The notes under the pieces are model-generated. The model was given only the letters and a program-made list of their open reading frames with translations. It searched no databases and was not told where the DNA came from. 64,000 nt of DNA, from assembly GCA_965220085.1 (NCBI GenBank), contig CBDCOZ010000003.1, positions 832,001 through 896,000 of the forward strand, written 5' to 3'. Of the stretch, positions 20,464-29,996 are shown piece after piece. The stretch is from Candidatus Oxydemutatoraceae bacterium. GTDB lineage: Bacteria > Pseudomonadota > Gammaproteobacteria > Poriferisulfidales > Oxydemutatoraceae. Position 1 is the first letter of the stretch. The number at the start of each line of letters is the position of its first letter. The position numbers and the translations under genes are program-made.

Positions 20464-21846
20464 CTACCTCGCGCAATCGCTCGGCAACGGCAGGCGCAAC
20501 GCCCGCAGCGCTGTGCCCCAAGCCTTCAGCGCGTCTTCGTCCATGCGCCGGTTTTCTTCGGCCATGCCGCGGGCGATGGTCTCGCGCCTCTCTTCCAACT
20601 GTTGCAGTTTCGCAACCAAATCTTGCGCATCGTCAAAGACGATGCAATGTTCGCGGCGATACAGGAAGCCGCGCCCGATCCACAAGCGCAAAGCGTCCGG
20701 GTGAGAACTGTTCGGCGAGTCCGGCGCGTCTATGTCGTTACGCATCTTCTTATACAGATGCTCCGGGCACCACGTCGGCGGCAATGCCCGGTCAAACATA
20801 ATGTCGTTTTCAATGACGAAGCGTATCGAAGGAATCAGTATCGGCACATTCAGCGCATACAACTCAAAGTGACTATACGCAAACGCCGAGTACGGAAAGA
20901 CGAGAAAGGCCGCATGCCGCCGCAGTTCATCCGCGCTTTGATAGCGCGGATGAACCTCTCTCAACCCTCGCAACGAATAGCGCGTTTTGATGGCATTGGC
21001 GCGGCAATAATCCTGATAGGAACGGACAAAATCCGCAAACACCTCATCCGAGCGCCCAATCAACAAAATGGTATCGTCCTGCGCCGCGCTCACGATGCCG
21101 GGACGGACATGCATCGGACGCGCCGCCAGTCGGTGCGGCGTGATGCCCAAATAGTGTTGCTCGTAGTGGCAGTCATAGTCGTCGTTGACCGCTTTTATCG
21201 CTTTGGGCATCCGTGCCAGACGCTTGGCGCAATCATCCAACTTGGCCAGACTCGGCGCATCTTTTTTGTGTTGATCGTAGCGGTGTGACGAGATAGCGAC
21301 GACGCGCTTGTCATACATCTCACCGAGCGCCGCCGCCAGTTCAACAAAGTGGGGGGCGTAGCCGGTGATAACGACGTCATAGCGCGCCATCAGCCGCTTC
21401 ACGGCGATGTATTCCAAGCCGCGCCGCATCGGCGGCGTCAGGCCGTAAGGGCGCAAACGCCACTCCGGCAAGGAGCAGAGCAACACCAGATACCAGCGCT
21501 CGTCAATGATCCTCAGCGCATAGCACAACTTCAATATCCGCACATAGTTCTTCTCGCCGTATCGGCTGCGCTTGCGTAACAGCAACGAGGAGAATAGCTT
21601 CCACTTCCGAAGCAAGCGGAGTCGTTGCCGGCGGCTCCTGCGGATGTTGTCCGTTTCAATGAAATAAGGCAGCGAGTGGTTAATCTTTTTGTGGATGAAG
21701 CGGGCGAACACATCCGTCTGCCACCCCCAACGCGCAAACAAACTCTCCTGACATTGGATCGAGCCAATGTGGGAACTGATGAAACAACACCTGACTTTGG
21801 GAGCGGTCGTACTTTCTGCGCGGCAGCCTACGTTGTCGTCGCCCAT
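20464..21846 (-). CDS. Hypothetical protein, possibly glycosyltransferase-like
   Basis: 460-aa ORF overlapping the upstream STELLO-like gene; C-terminal FPYSAFAYSHFELYALNVPILIPS resembles GT-B motifs. Confidence 0.55.
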   Translation of the reverse strand: MGDDNVGCRAESTTAPKVRCCFISSHIGSIQCQESLFARWGWQTDVFARFIHKKINHSLPYFIETDNIRRSRRQRLRLLRKWKLFSSLLLRKRSRYGEKNYVRILKLCYALRIIDERWYLVLLCSLPEWRLRPYGLTPPMRRGLEYIAVKRLMARYDVVITGYAPHFVELAAALGEMYDKRVVAISSHRYDQHKKDAPSLAKLDDCAKRLARMPKAIKAVNDDYDCHYEQHYLGITPHRLAARPMHVRPGIVSAAQDDTILLIGRSDEVFADFVRSYQDYCRANAIKTRYSLRGLREVHPRYQSADELRRHAAFLVFPYSAFAYSHFELYALNVPILIPSIRFVIENDIMFDRALPPTWCPEHLYKKMRNDIDAPDSPNSSHPDALRLWIGRGFLYRREHCIVFDDAQDLVAKLQQLEERRETIARGMAEENRRMDEDALKAWGTALRALRLPLPSDCAR

Positions 21847-22829
21847 TGTTCCAGCCAGGCGGATAATGTTTTCAATTCTCCCGCCGCGACCACTTCGCGC
21901 CGCGCCAACTCTTCGTAAGCATTGCGCATATTAAAAGCAATATCCTTGTCGGAGCGCAACACCGGGTCTATCCACTCGACGATCCGCTCCGCATAGCGGT
22001 ACATTTTCATCTCTTGCTCCAGGTCATCTGTCAGATCGTGCGCGTTGCGCTTTTGGATCATCGTGGCCTTGGTAAAACCCAGTTGCTGCCCGCACAGCCA
22101 CATGATCGGTTGCGCGACCAAACTGCGCAGAATATCCGTGAAGCGGAACGTGACCGTGACCGGCAGATACAACAGCGCAAACAAAGACTTGGCGGTCGCG
22201 GTATTCTGCGAGTTAAAAGGCGAGAGGACGCCGCGCTCCAGCGCCACCGGAGGATGGTCGTTGAAGTAGCAAAACCTGCCGTCGCTCAAGCGATAGATCG
22301 CATCGACATCGGGGTCTTCATCCGCCAAACCCTGCCAGATGCCCACATTGCAATCCGCCGGCTCAAGCAAACGTTCTCGCAGTTTGAAGTCGCGCCGAAT
22401 CAGGTTGGGCGGCAACCCGCGCGGCCAAATTTTTTGCTCGCTGAACAGTTGATAGATGTTGACGAAACCGGCCTCGCCGCCCACAGCGGCATAGCGGCCT
22501 TGAAAATCGGGGAAAAGCCAGTCGCCGACGGGGATGTTATCGTCGTCGGTGTCGATGATCACCTCCGCTCCGAGTTCCATCGCATGCAAGTATGCGAACA
22601 TCTTTCGCGGATAGCAGTTTTCCGGCACCAGAGCCGCAAACGCCGGCCAGCGCTCGGCCTGCATCTGCGGCGACAGATAGTCCGCGCCCTCGCAGCGCCA
22701 CGATTCGGGAGTCGCATTATCGCCCGCCACCGCCAACCGACGGTCGGACATGGCGGCAATAGCGCGGATCGCTTCTGTCGGTTCGCTGATGCTGGTGATG
22801 GCGACTATGCGCTTATTGTTTTCTGTCAT
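21828..22829 (-). CDS. STELLO/DUF288-like glycosyltransferase family protein
   Basis: ITSISEPT, IIDTDDDN, IWPRGLP, QGLADEDPDVDAIYRL, PFNSQNT, FRFTDILR. Confidence 0.8.
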   Translation of the reverse strand: MTENNKRIVAITSISEPTEAIRAIAAMSDRRLAVAGDNATPESWRCEGADYLSPQMQAERWPAFAALVPENCYPRKMFAYLHAMELGAEVIIDTDDDNIPVGDWLFPDFQGRYAAVGGEAGFVNIYQLFSEQKIWPRGLPPNLIRRDFKLRERLLEPADCNVGIWQGLADEDPDVDAIYRLSDGRFCYFNDHPPVALERGVLSPFNSQNTATAKSLFALLYLPVTVTFRFTDILRSLVAQPIMWLCGQQLGFTKATMIQKRNAHDLTDDLEQEMKMYRYAERIVEWIDPVLRSDKDIAFNMRNAYEELARREVVAAGELKTLSAWLEQWATTT

Positions 22830-22855
22830 GTGCCGAGATTGTCGCGGGTGGCTCG

Positions 22856-24364
22856 CTATCGCAGCGGCCCCTCAAGGAACAGGCGCAACCGCAACCGCAG
22901 GTGCTCCACCAGATTGATGTTCATCGTGCGGGTTTCGGTGTTGGCGCCGCCATAGTTCATGGTGTAGGTGAAAGTGGCGAAGCCGGAGGTGGCGACGGAG
23001 TTGGCCGGGGGGTAATAGGTGAGATTTTCTATTCCAGTATCTTGTACGGAGTCGCCGTCTTCAACGGGCATTGGTCCCGCGCGAAATATGCCCTTGTTGG
23101 GCGCTATCGTGGAGACTATTCTGATGCTTCTCAGATTGCCAGTGGGATCGCCCGGGAATACGAAGTCAGACACCTTGAACCTGTAGGGCGCGTTTGCGCT
23201 GGCGGAGATCGCCACACTCACCGAATTGGCTCTGACGATGACGTTGCCGGCGGTGCACAGCGTGGGGGAAGCGGCGGCGGTGCCCTCGGAGTTGCCCAGA
23301 CCGTCAGTGAAACGAAGGCAGACGCGGATGTATCGGCCGACATGTTCCTGCCCGGGTGTGAAAGTGGCGGCGGTGGCCCCATTGATGTCGGTGTATGCGC
23401 TGGCCTGGGCGGCGGCGGATTGCCATTGCCACATCAGGTTTCTGGCGGGGAGGCCGTTGGCATCGGCTACGGTGCCGGTGCTGGCGGTCAGTTCCACACC
23501 CTGATTGTAGGCGGCGCCCGATGCCGCTGTCACCGCGGGCATACCGGTTGCCGCCGATTGCGTGGCTACCACCAGATCTATGGTGATGGTGCCCTCGTTG
23601 TCATCACTGACCCTCTGCGCTGTTCCTGATCCGGTGACAGTTCTGTAGTCAAAGCTGGCATAGTTTGCCATAGGCGTGGTGGGAGCGGGAGTGGGTAATG
23701 TGTATATGAAACCGGGGAAAGCGAAGCGGCTTATGGAAACTCCTCGGCCAGTAGCGCCTGCTGCGGCCAACTCAGTTGCAACTGCTGATGGCGTTAAATC
23801 TCCAAAACCAGCGGACAGTACGCCAACGCTAGATGCGGACTGCAAAAATATAGCGTTGGAAAAGGTATCGCCATCTTCATCGGTGAACGGGAAGTCACTC
23901 GCCTTAAAACTGTAAGTCGTGGTGCCCAGCGAAATGAAAATAGTGTTGTCCAGCGCAATCGGGTCATCTTGCACGTTGACCACGGCGGCGGCGGAGGTCC
24001 AGCATCGGATCTCGCGGTTGTTGGCGTTATCGGCGAATCTGGCACAGACGCGCAGAAACTTGCCGACATGTTCCTGCAACGGCGTGAAGGTAGCGGCAGT
24101 GGCTCCGGCTATGGCGGTGAAGTCGCCATCGGCGGCGTTGCCCTCCTGCCAGGCCCAGCTGGGCGTGAATGGGGATGGCAGCGTATTGGGGTCGGCTATG
24201 CTGCCCTTTGCTGCTATCAGCTCCGCATCCTCAGCGGGGGCGGCGGTGACCACCACCCCGCCAGCGGTGACCGTCGGTTCGCCGGTGGCGTTCTGTGCTT
24301 GCGCTTGAGCGCAGACAACAAACAGCGCTGGCAACAGAAGCGCCCAAAGGCTGCGCCGTATCAT
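22856..24364 (-). CDS. Secreted Ig/cadherin-like repeat protein with LRLRLRLFLEGPLR tail
   Basis: GGGGAG RBS, signal peptide VCAQAQAQNATG, alternating modules, conserved tail. Confidence 0.82.
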   Translation of the reverse strand: MIRRSLWALLLPALFVVCAQAQAQNATGEPTVTAGGVVVTAAPAEDAELIAAKGSIADPNTLPSPFTPSWAWQEGNAADGDFTAIAGATAATFTPLQEHVGKFLRVCARFADNANNREIRCWTSAAAVVNVQDDPIALDNTIFISLGTTTYSFKASDFPFTDEDGDTFSNAIFLQSASSVGVLSAGFGDLTPSAVATELAAAGATGRGVSISRFAFPGFIYTLPTPAPTTPMANYASFDYRTVTGSGTAQRVSDDNEGTITIDLVVATQSAATGMPAVTAASGAAYNQGVELTASTGTVADANGLPARNLMWQWQSAAAQASAYTDINGATAATFTPGQEHVGRYIRVCLRFTDGLGNSEGTAAASPTLCTAGNVIVRANSVSVAISASANAPYRFKVSDFVFPGDPTGNLRSIRIVSTIAPNKGIFRAGPMPVEDGDSVQDTGIENLTYYPPANSVATSGFATFTYTMNYGGANTETRTMNINLVEHLRLRLRLFLEGPLR

Positions 24365-24492
24365 CGTTGCTCCCCGCAGGAGTGAATTAATCTAAACATT
24401 CTTAGCATGGTTTTCCAAATCCCATCAATAAATAATACGCAAACAGCTGATGGAATGCAAGTAGTTTATGGAACACAAACAATTTAAAGAAT

Positions 24493-24602
24493 CACAAACA
24501 ATGAAATTGTTTGTGCTCTTATCACTGTGCTCTTATCACTGTGCTCTCATCACCGCGCCTCACTAAATGTTATCTGCGTACCATAAACGATACGCAGATA
24601 AC
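24493..24602 (-). promoter_or_regulatory. Leader region with 10-bp hairpin, 3 x 14-bp tandem repeat and 12-bp inverted repeat
   Basis: cacaaacaat-gaa-attgtttgtg (24493-24515); gtgctct(t/c)atcac x3; gttatctgcgta...tacgcagataac (24569-24602). Confidence 0.5.
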
Positions 24603-24747
24603 TTAGTGTTATTATGCGTATTATACACATGATTCGCATACGCCCCGCAACCGGGCATTGATTCATTGTGCGGAATATCCCGCCCATCGGCATGGCCATG
24701 CCGATTCTCCCCAAGGCAAGCGGCACAAGCCTTGCGGATTGCTCGCG

Positions 24748-24822
24748 CTACCGCAACGGCCCCTCAAGAAACAGGCGCAACCGCAAGCGCAGGCGCTCCG
24801 TCAGACGCAGGCGCTCCGTCAT
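24748..24822 (-). pseudogene. Orphan tail mini-ORF MTERLRLTERLRLRLRLFLEGPLR*
   Basis: Direct translation of the reverse strand; followed by the conserved post-stop TAGCGCGAG. Confidence 0.75.
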
Positions 24823-24931
24823 AATTCATGACTAACGTTAGCGGGAATAATGAAGCGCTCAACTTCCCTTGAGACCCGCAACCTTGGGTCTGACCCTTTC
24901 CTTTGTTTTTATCTGCAGGAATATTCAGAGT

Positions 24932-25408
24932 TTAGACCCAGCAACATCTGGGGCATCCGCGCCTATCCGCATTCTCTCTAGTTGCAGGAGTAGCCAGAGA
25001 GTAATTACCCGGGACTGAGATAATCTTTCGCTGTCTCCGGTTGTTGGACGCCTCGCCATAGCGCGTCACCTTATCCTCTGTGCCGTAAGGGTAATGAGTA
25101 ATTCCATCCTTTCCAGTTGCAGGAAGAGGGGCCTGAAAACCTCGCGGCTGGCGCGCTTGTTTAGTGACGAAGTTCTGAGAGGGCAGTGTGAGACTCTCTC
25201 CCTTCCGATTGAGACCTAAAAGACGCAAATCTGAAATATCTGGCCCTAATTCTTTCAAATCTCATTCAGAACTTCCGGCGGCAGAACCTCCGGCGGCAGA
25301 ACCTCCGGCGGCAGAACCTCCGGCGGCAGAACCTCCGGCGGCAGAACCTCCGGCGACACACGGCAATGAAAAAAGTAACAATACGACAAAGAAAATTAAG
25401 CGTTTCAT
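24932..25408 (-). pseudogene. Secreted protein with (GGSAA)5 linker, interrupted by an in-frame TGA
   Basis: AGGAGG RBS, MKRLIFFVVLLLFSLPCVA signal peptide, 15-bp repeats, TGA at 25262-25264, same frame continues to 24932. Confidence 0.6.
25267..25355. repeat. 15-bp tandem repeat GCAGAACCTCCGGCG, about 6 copies
   Basis: Direct read. Confidence 0.9.
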
Positions 25409-25470
25409 AACTTGCCTCCTAAGATACCGAAACAAAATTTATACAATGAGTTTCGGAAATGATGTGTCTG

Positions 25471-25616
25471 TGATGCCATGACATATCGGACACATGGGGC
25501 ACATGTTGTGTGCGTCATGGGCGCTTGATGCTTCGGCTCGCAGCGCGCTCCGTTCGTGGCGGTGTGAAACGATAACAGATACTTTGTCCGACGCTCATTG
25601 AATGCCCGCATGTCGG
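25471..25616 (-). repeat. Dispersed ~140-bp non-coding element, copy 2
   Basis: Reverse complement aligns with 5601-5738. Confidence 0.75.
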
Positions 25617-25644
25617 TCGGCAACAAGCTCTCTTCAAACTCCGC

Positions 25645-26325
25645 TCTGGCGTAGCTTTGCTACGCCGACTCTCTGCGAGGAAGGAGTATTGGTTGGTGCG
25701 AGTACCCTTCTCCGGCGTAGCTTTGCTACGCGCACTCCCCCGCGAGGGGAGAGTATTGGTTGGTGCGAGTGCCTCCTCTCCGGCGTAGCTTTGCTACGCG
25801 CACTCCCCCGCGAGGGGAAATGCTACATGGCGCGAGCGCTTTCTCCGCGAGGGGAGAGTATTGGTTGTACTCCCCCCTTGTGGGGAGTCGGCAAACCAAG
25901 GGCGAAGCCCGCAGGTTGCCGGAGAGGGGTGTGCTTCCGGCTTTCTTAGCGCAAGTGTTTCCCTCTCACCGCATCGTCCTTCGCCTGCGGCTCGGACTCT
26001 GCGACTCTCCCGCGAGGGGAGAGTATTGGTTGGCGCGAGCACCTCCTCTCTGGCGTAGCTTTGCTACGCGCACTCCCCCGCGAGGGGAGAGTATTGGTTG
26101 TACTTCCCCCTTGTGGGGGAGTCGGCAAACCAAGGGCGAAGCCCGCAGGTTGCCGGAGAGGGGTGTGCTTCCGGCTTTCTTAGCGCAAGTGTTTCCCTCT
26201 CACCGCATCGTCCTTCGCCTACGGCTCGGACTCTGCGACTCTCCCGCGAGGGGAGAGTATTGGTTGGCGCGAGCACCTCCTCTCTGGCGTAGCTTTGCTA
26301 CGCCGCCTCTCCCGCGAGGGGAGCG
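25645..26325. repeat. Cluster of palindromic REP/MITE-like units including a 234-bp tandem duplication
   Basis: Hairpin GCGTAGC-TTT-GCTACGC at 25649, 25715, 25783, 26053, 26287; CTCCCCCGCGAGGGGAG palindromes; 25887 and 26121 are 234 bp apart. Confidence 0.85.
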
Positions 26326-26485
26326 TCATGACGGCACCCGTGCAAATGCTTCTTTGACGCTTCTTTGCGCAGAAAAATCACGCCGGGAATCGATGTAACA
26401 GACCGTTCGTCAGACAATTGAAACCGCCTGTCTATGAGTTGAGCATGGCCGCCCAAATGAGCGCTATTATCCGGCACGAAGGTTA

Positions 26486-26530
26486 TTGACCATAACCTCT
26501 TAATTAGTATTATTATTACAACCCGGAGGG
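26486..26530 (+). promoter_or_regulatory. Putative sigma70 promoter and RBS of the coiled-coil gene
   Basis: TTGACC-16-TATTAT, then GGAGGG before ATG 26538. Confidence 0.45.
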
Positions 26531-26537
26531 AATCATT

Positions 26538-27278
26538 ATGAAGAAACCAAAAGACTTAAAAGCGGAAGATGCAGCGGTTGTTGCTTATGGCTCCGTCGAG
26601 AACTTGACTGGCGCAGGCTTTGACAAAGAGAAAGCGCATGCGATTGCCAGCGAGCTATCCGCGCTGTTGCGCAAATACCTGAGCGCTCTGGCAACGAAAA
26701 GCGAATTTGCCGAGTTTAAATCAGCGATTAGAGAAAAAATTGCCGAGTTTGAGTCAGCGATTAGAGCGGAATTTGCCAAGCATGGGTCGGAAACCCAAAA
26801 AGAAACAGATGAGTTGAAAGCAACAGTAACTAAGTTGCAAGCAATGATAGCTGAGTCCGGAGCAAAAACCCAAAAAGACATAGATGAGTTGAAAGCAGCA
26901 GTAACTAAGTTGCAAGCAATGATAGCTGAGTCCGGGGCAAAAGCCCAAAAAGACACAGATGAGTTGAGAGTAATGATAGCTGAGTCCGGGGCAAAAACCC
27001 AAAAAGACACAGGTGAGTTGAAAGTAATGATAGCCGAGTCTAGGGCAAAAACCCAAAAAGACACAGGTGAGTTGAAAGTAATGATAGCCGAGTCTAGGGC
27101 AAAAACCCAAAAAGACACAGGTGAGTTGAGAGTAATGATAGCTGAGTCCGGGGCAAAAACTCAAAAAGAAATAAGTGAGCAAATAGCAAAAATCACAAAT
27201 CTGTTCGTGATGGCCTTCCTTGGGTTAGCGGCTCTTATTGTTGCGACGCTAACTATATTTGTTGCGCTCTCCGTTTAG
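26538..27278 (+). CDS. DUF1640/CCDC90-like membrane-anchored coiled-coil repeat protein
   Basis: Head LTGAGFDKEKAHAIA, neck LATKSEF, tandem coiled-coil repeats, C-terminal TM helix; AT-richer than flanks. Confidence 0.72.
   Translation: MKKPKDLKAEDAAVVAYGSVENLTGAGFDKEKAHAIASELSALLRKYLSALATKSEFAEFKSAIREKIAEFESAIRAEFAKHGSETQKETDELKATVTKLQAMIAESGAKTQKDIDELKAAVTKLQAMIAESGAKAQKDTDELRVMIAESGAKTQKDTGELKVMIAESRAKTQKDTGELKVMIAESRAKTQKDTGELRVMIAESGAKTQKEISEQIAKITNLFVMAFLGLAALIVATLTIFVALSV
26791..27170 (+). repeat. Intragenic tandem repeats: 2 x 75 bp plus 4 x 54 bp
   Basis: Units begin aa(a/g)cccaaaaaga at 26791, 26866, 26941, 26995, 27049, 27103. Confidence 0.85.
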
Positions 27279-27307
27279 GCCTGTGCCGTATCTTGTTCGC
27301 GCCGACA

Positions 27308-27472
27308 GAGAGGGGGTGTGCTTCCGGCTTTCTTAGCGCAAGTGTTTCCTCCTCACCGCATCGTCCTTCGCCTGCGGACTCTGCGACTCTCCCACGAGGG
27401 GAGAGTATTGGTTGGTGCGAGTGCCTCCTCTCTGGCGTAGCTTTGCTACGCGCACTCCCCCGCGAGGGGAGT
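27308..27472. repeat. Further copy of the REP/MITE-like unit
   Basis: Near-identical to 25922-26090; hairpin at 27435. Confidence 0.85.
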
Positions 27473-27479
27473 GCTCGCG

Positions 27480-29036
27480 CTATCGCAGCGGCCCCTCAAG
27501 GAACAGGCGCAACCGCAAGCGCAGGTGTTCCACCAGATGTATGTTCATCGTGCGGGTTTCGGTGTTGCCTGTGCCGCGATAGTTCACGATGTAGGTGAAA
27601 GTGGCGAAGTTGGGGGCGGCGACGGAACTGTCCGGGGGGTAATAGATCAGATTTCCACTTCGTATCGAGTCCCCGCTTACAGTGAGGTTGTCTTCAATGG
27701 CTACTGAGTCTCGCAGGCGAAATATGCCCTTGCCGTCTGCTATGGAGGTGACTACGGGTACGCTTTCCAGATTGCCGGTGGGATCGTCCGGGAACATGAA
27801 GTCGGATGGCTTGAAAACGTAGGGCTCTGATTCGCTGGCGGTAATCGGCACACTCACCGAATTGGCTCTGGCGATGACGTTGCCGACGGAACAGCGCATC
27901 TCGGCGGTGCCTATGCCATCGGTGAAACGGAGGCAGACGCGGATGTATTGGCCGACCTGTGCCCGCCCGGGCGCGAAGGTGGCGGCGGTGGCTCCATTGA
28001 TGTTGGCATATGTGCTAGTGGCCGGGACGCCAGTGTCGGGGGCGGCGGCGAATTGCCACTGCCACATCAGGTTTCTGGCGGGGAGGCCGTTGGCATCGGC
28101 TACGGTGCCTATGTCGGCGGTTAGTTCCGCGCCCTCGTGATAGGCGATGCCCGATGCCGCTGTCACCGTCGCTGTGCCGGTTGCCGCCGATGCCGTCGGC
28201 GATATCAGATCTATGGTGATGGTGCGGGTTGCGCTGCTCTTGACATTGAAAACGCTCCCGCCAGTCCGCACCGTGAAATTAAAACTGGCATAGCCGGCCA
28301 TGGCCGCGGTGGCATCAGTGGGAGGAGTGTAGGTCAGGAGACGCGCATCCAGCTGTGCCGGCTGAATGGAAAGGCTCGGGCTAACCGTTGTTCCGGACAG
28401 ACTAAAAGCGCCTGCGGCGGGTACGGAGGAGCCAATTACTATGCGAAACAGGGCATCGCCATCTTCATCGGTAAACGGGAAGTCGTCCGCCGAGAAAGTA
28501 TAGCTGCCGCCCACCGGCACAAAGATGGTGTTGTTCGATGCAACCGGGGCATCATTGACATTGACCACAGCGGCGACGGAGGTCCAGCATCGGCTCTCCT
28601 GGTTGTCGACCGCATCCCTGAAGTTGGCGCAGACGCGCAGAAACTTGCCGACATGCTCTTGCAGGGGTGTGAAGGCGGCGGCGGTTGCCCCGGCGATGTT
28701 GGCGTAAGCGCCGTCCGTCGGGACGCCGCTGGTCGGGGCATCGGCTTGTTGCCACTGCCAAGTCGGCGTGAAAGTGGTGATGCTATCGGGGTCATTAATG
28801 TCGCCTCGGGCTGCTATCAGTTCCGCATCTTCAGCGGGAGCGGCGGTGACCGCCTGACCGCGGACAGTGACTGCCGGTTCGCCGGTGGCGTTCTGTGCTT
28901 GCGCTTGAGCGCAGACAACAAACAGGGCTGATAGAAGAAGTGGTAAGAGGCTATGCCGCGTTACCAGCGGCAACAAGAGGTTGCGCCGGGTTGGCGTCGC
29001 CTGCCCGCTCAGGCGAGGGGGGGGGGGGGTAGTCAT
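27480..29036 (-). CDS. Secreted Ig/cadherin-like repeat protein with LRLRLRLFLEGPLR tail
   Basis: Close paralog of 22856-24364; signal peptide VCAQAQAQNATG; poly-C after start. Confidence 0.82.
   Translation of the reverse strand: MTTPPPPRLSGQATPTRRNLLLPLVTRHSLLPLLLSALFVVCAQAQAQNATGEPAVTVRGQAVTAAPAEDAELIAARGDINDPDSITTFTPTWQWQQADAPTSGVPTDGAYANIAGATAAAFTPLQEHVGKFLRVCANFRDAVDNQESRCWTSVAAVVNVNDAPVASNNTIFVPVGGSYTFSADDFPFTDEDGDALFRIVIGSSVPAAGAFSLSGTTVSPSLSIQPAQLDARLLTYTPPTDATAAMAGYASFNFTVRTGGSVFNVKSSATRTITIDLISPTASAATGTATVTAASGIAYHEGAELTADIGTVADANGLPARNLMWQWQFAAAPDTGVPATSTYANINGATAATFAPGRAQVGQYIRVCLRFTDGIGTAEMRCSVGNVIARANSVSVPITASESEPYVFKPSDFMFPDDPTGNLESVPVVTSIADGKGIFRLRDSVAIEDNLTVSGDSIRSGNLIYYPPDSSVAAPNFATFTYIVNYRGTGNTETRTMNIHLVEHLRLRLRLFLEGPLR
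29017..29029 (-). repeat. Poly-C homopolymer (13 C on the coding strand)
   Basis: atgacta(C)13tcgc on the minus strand. Confidence 0.9.
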
Positions 29037-29208
29037 TATAGATATGACTGCTCATAAAACCTCTTCGGTTTGTAATACCTTTCCGGGTCATGCTATTTTT
29101 TTGTATCATGCTATTTCGTTGGCTCATCGTATTTTGTTGGTTCATGCTATTCCTCCTTAATGGCTTGAATCTCGCAAATGCACAGTGGTGCAATGCGCAC
29201 ATGTCGGC

Positions 29209-29236
29209 ACTATACCACAAAGTGCGAGTCATGCAA
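29209..29236 (-). promoter_or_regulatory. Putative sigma70 extended -10 promoter, paralogous to 2091-2118
   Basis: ttgcatgactcgcactttgtggtatagt on the minus strand. Confidence 0.55.
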
Positions 29237-29480
29237 GCGTACCCTGCCTCGCCCTTTGCACACCCTGACATTCCCTCTCCGCTACGGCGGACTAACCCCA
29301 TTATTAGCGGGTATAGCGGCACAGCGGTGTCGCGCCGCTCGCCTGAATGGCGATGAAACATCGCGATTTTATAACGACTTCCGTTGTCGCCCGGAGCCGG
29401 AGAGTCCGACATATCGGTCGCGGTCGGTGGTTTGGGGTCATTTCTGTACAATTTTGAGCGGTTGATATAGTCTGGTGTTT

Positions 29481-29996
29481 ATGAAACATACTATCGGTAT
29501 TTTTATTCTCGGCGCGGTGCTCGGTTTTGCGGGCGGCGCCGGAGCGATGCTGTTTTTCTTTCCGTTTTTGTTTCCGCCGGCGCAGGTGAATGAAACGGTT
29601 GCTACGGCGGTCGCCGGCACACCGCGTTTGATCGGCGAGACCCGTCTTCGCGAAGGCGTGTCCGGGCAGGACCTCGCGCACTGGGGACGCGGGGGTATCC
29701 GTTTTTATCGCAGCGATGCCGAATCTGTCGTGGCGGAGTTTCAGCCCGATTTTGAAACCGGCCCCGGGCCGGATTATTGGCTCTACCTCAATAGCAAGTC
29801 TGCTATCGATAACGAAGCGGATTTTCTTGCCGATGCCGGTCGCATTCGGGTCGCACAGTTGAAGAGCTTTGCGGGGTCGCAGGTGTATATGCTTGAGGCG
29901 GGGCAGTTTGCCGAGGCCCAAGCATTAACCATCTGGTGTGAGAGCTTCGGTCAATACATCGCTTCCGCCGATATGCCGACTGCGATAGTTCGCTAA
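29481..29996 (+). CDS. DM13 domain protein
   Basis: N-terminal TM, HWGRG, GPGPDYWLYL, LKSFAGSQVY, IWCESF. Confidence 0.85.
   Translation: MKHTIGIFILGAVLGFAGGAGAMLFFFPFLFPPAQVNETVATAVAGTPRLIGETRLREGVSGQDLAHWGRGGIRFYRSDAESVVAEFQPDFETGPGPDYWLYLNSKSAIDNEADFLADAGRIRVAQLKSFAGSQVYMLEAGQFAEAQALTIWCESFGQYIASADMPTAIVR

Noticed and set aside
25188-25481. Plus-strand (AEPPA)n ORF
   Set aside because: The minus-strand frame has the RBS and signal peptide
25602-26398. ORFs across the palindromic repeat cluster
   Set aside because: Translations of non-coding repeats with no protein motifs
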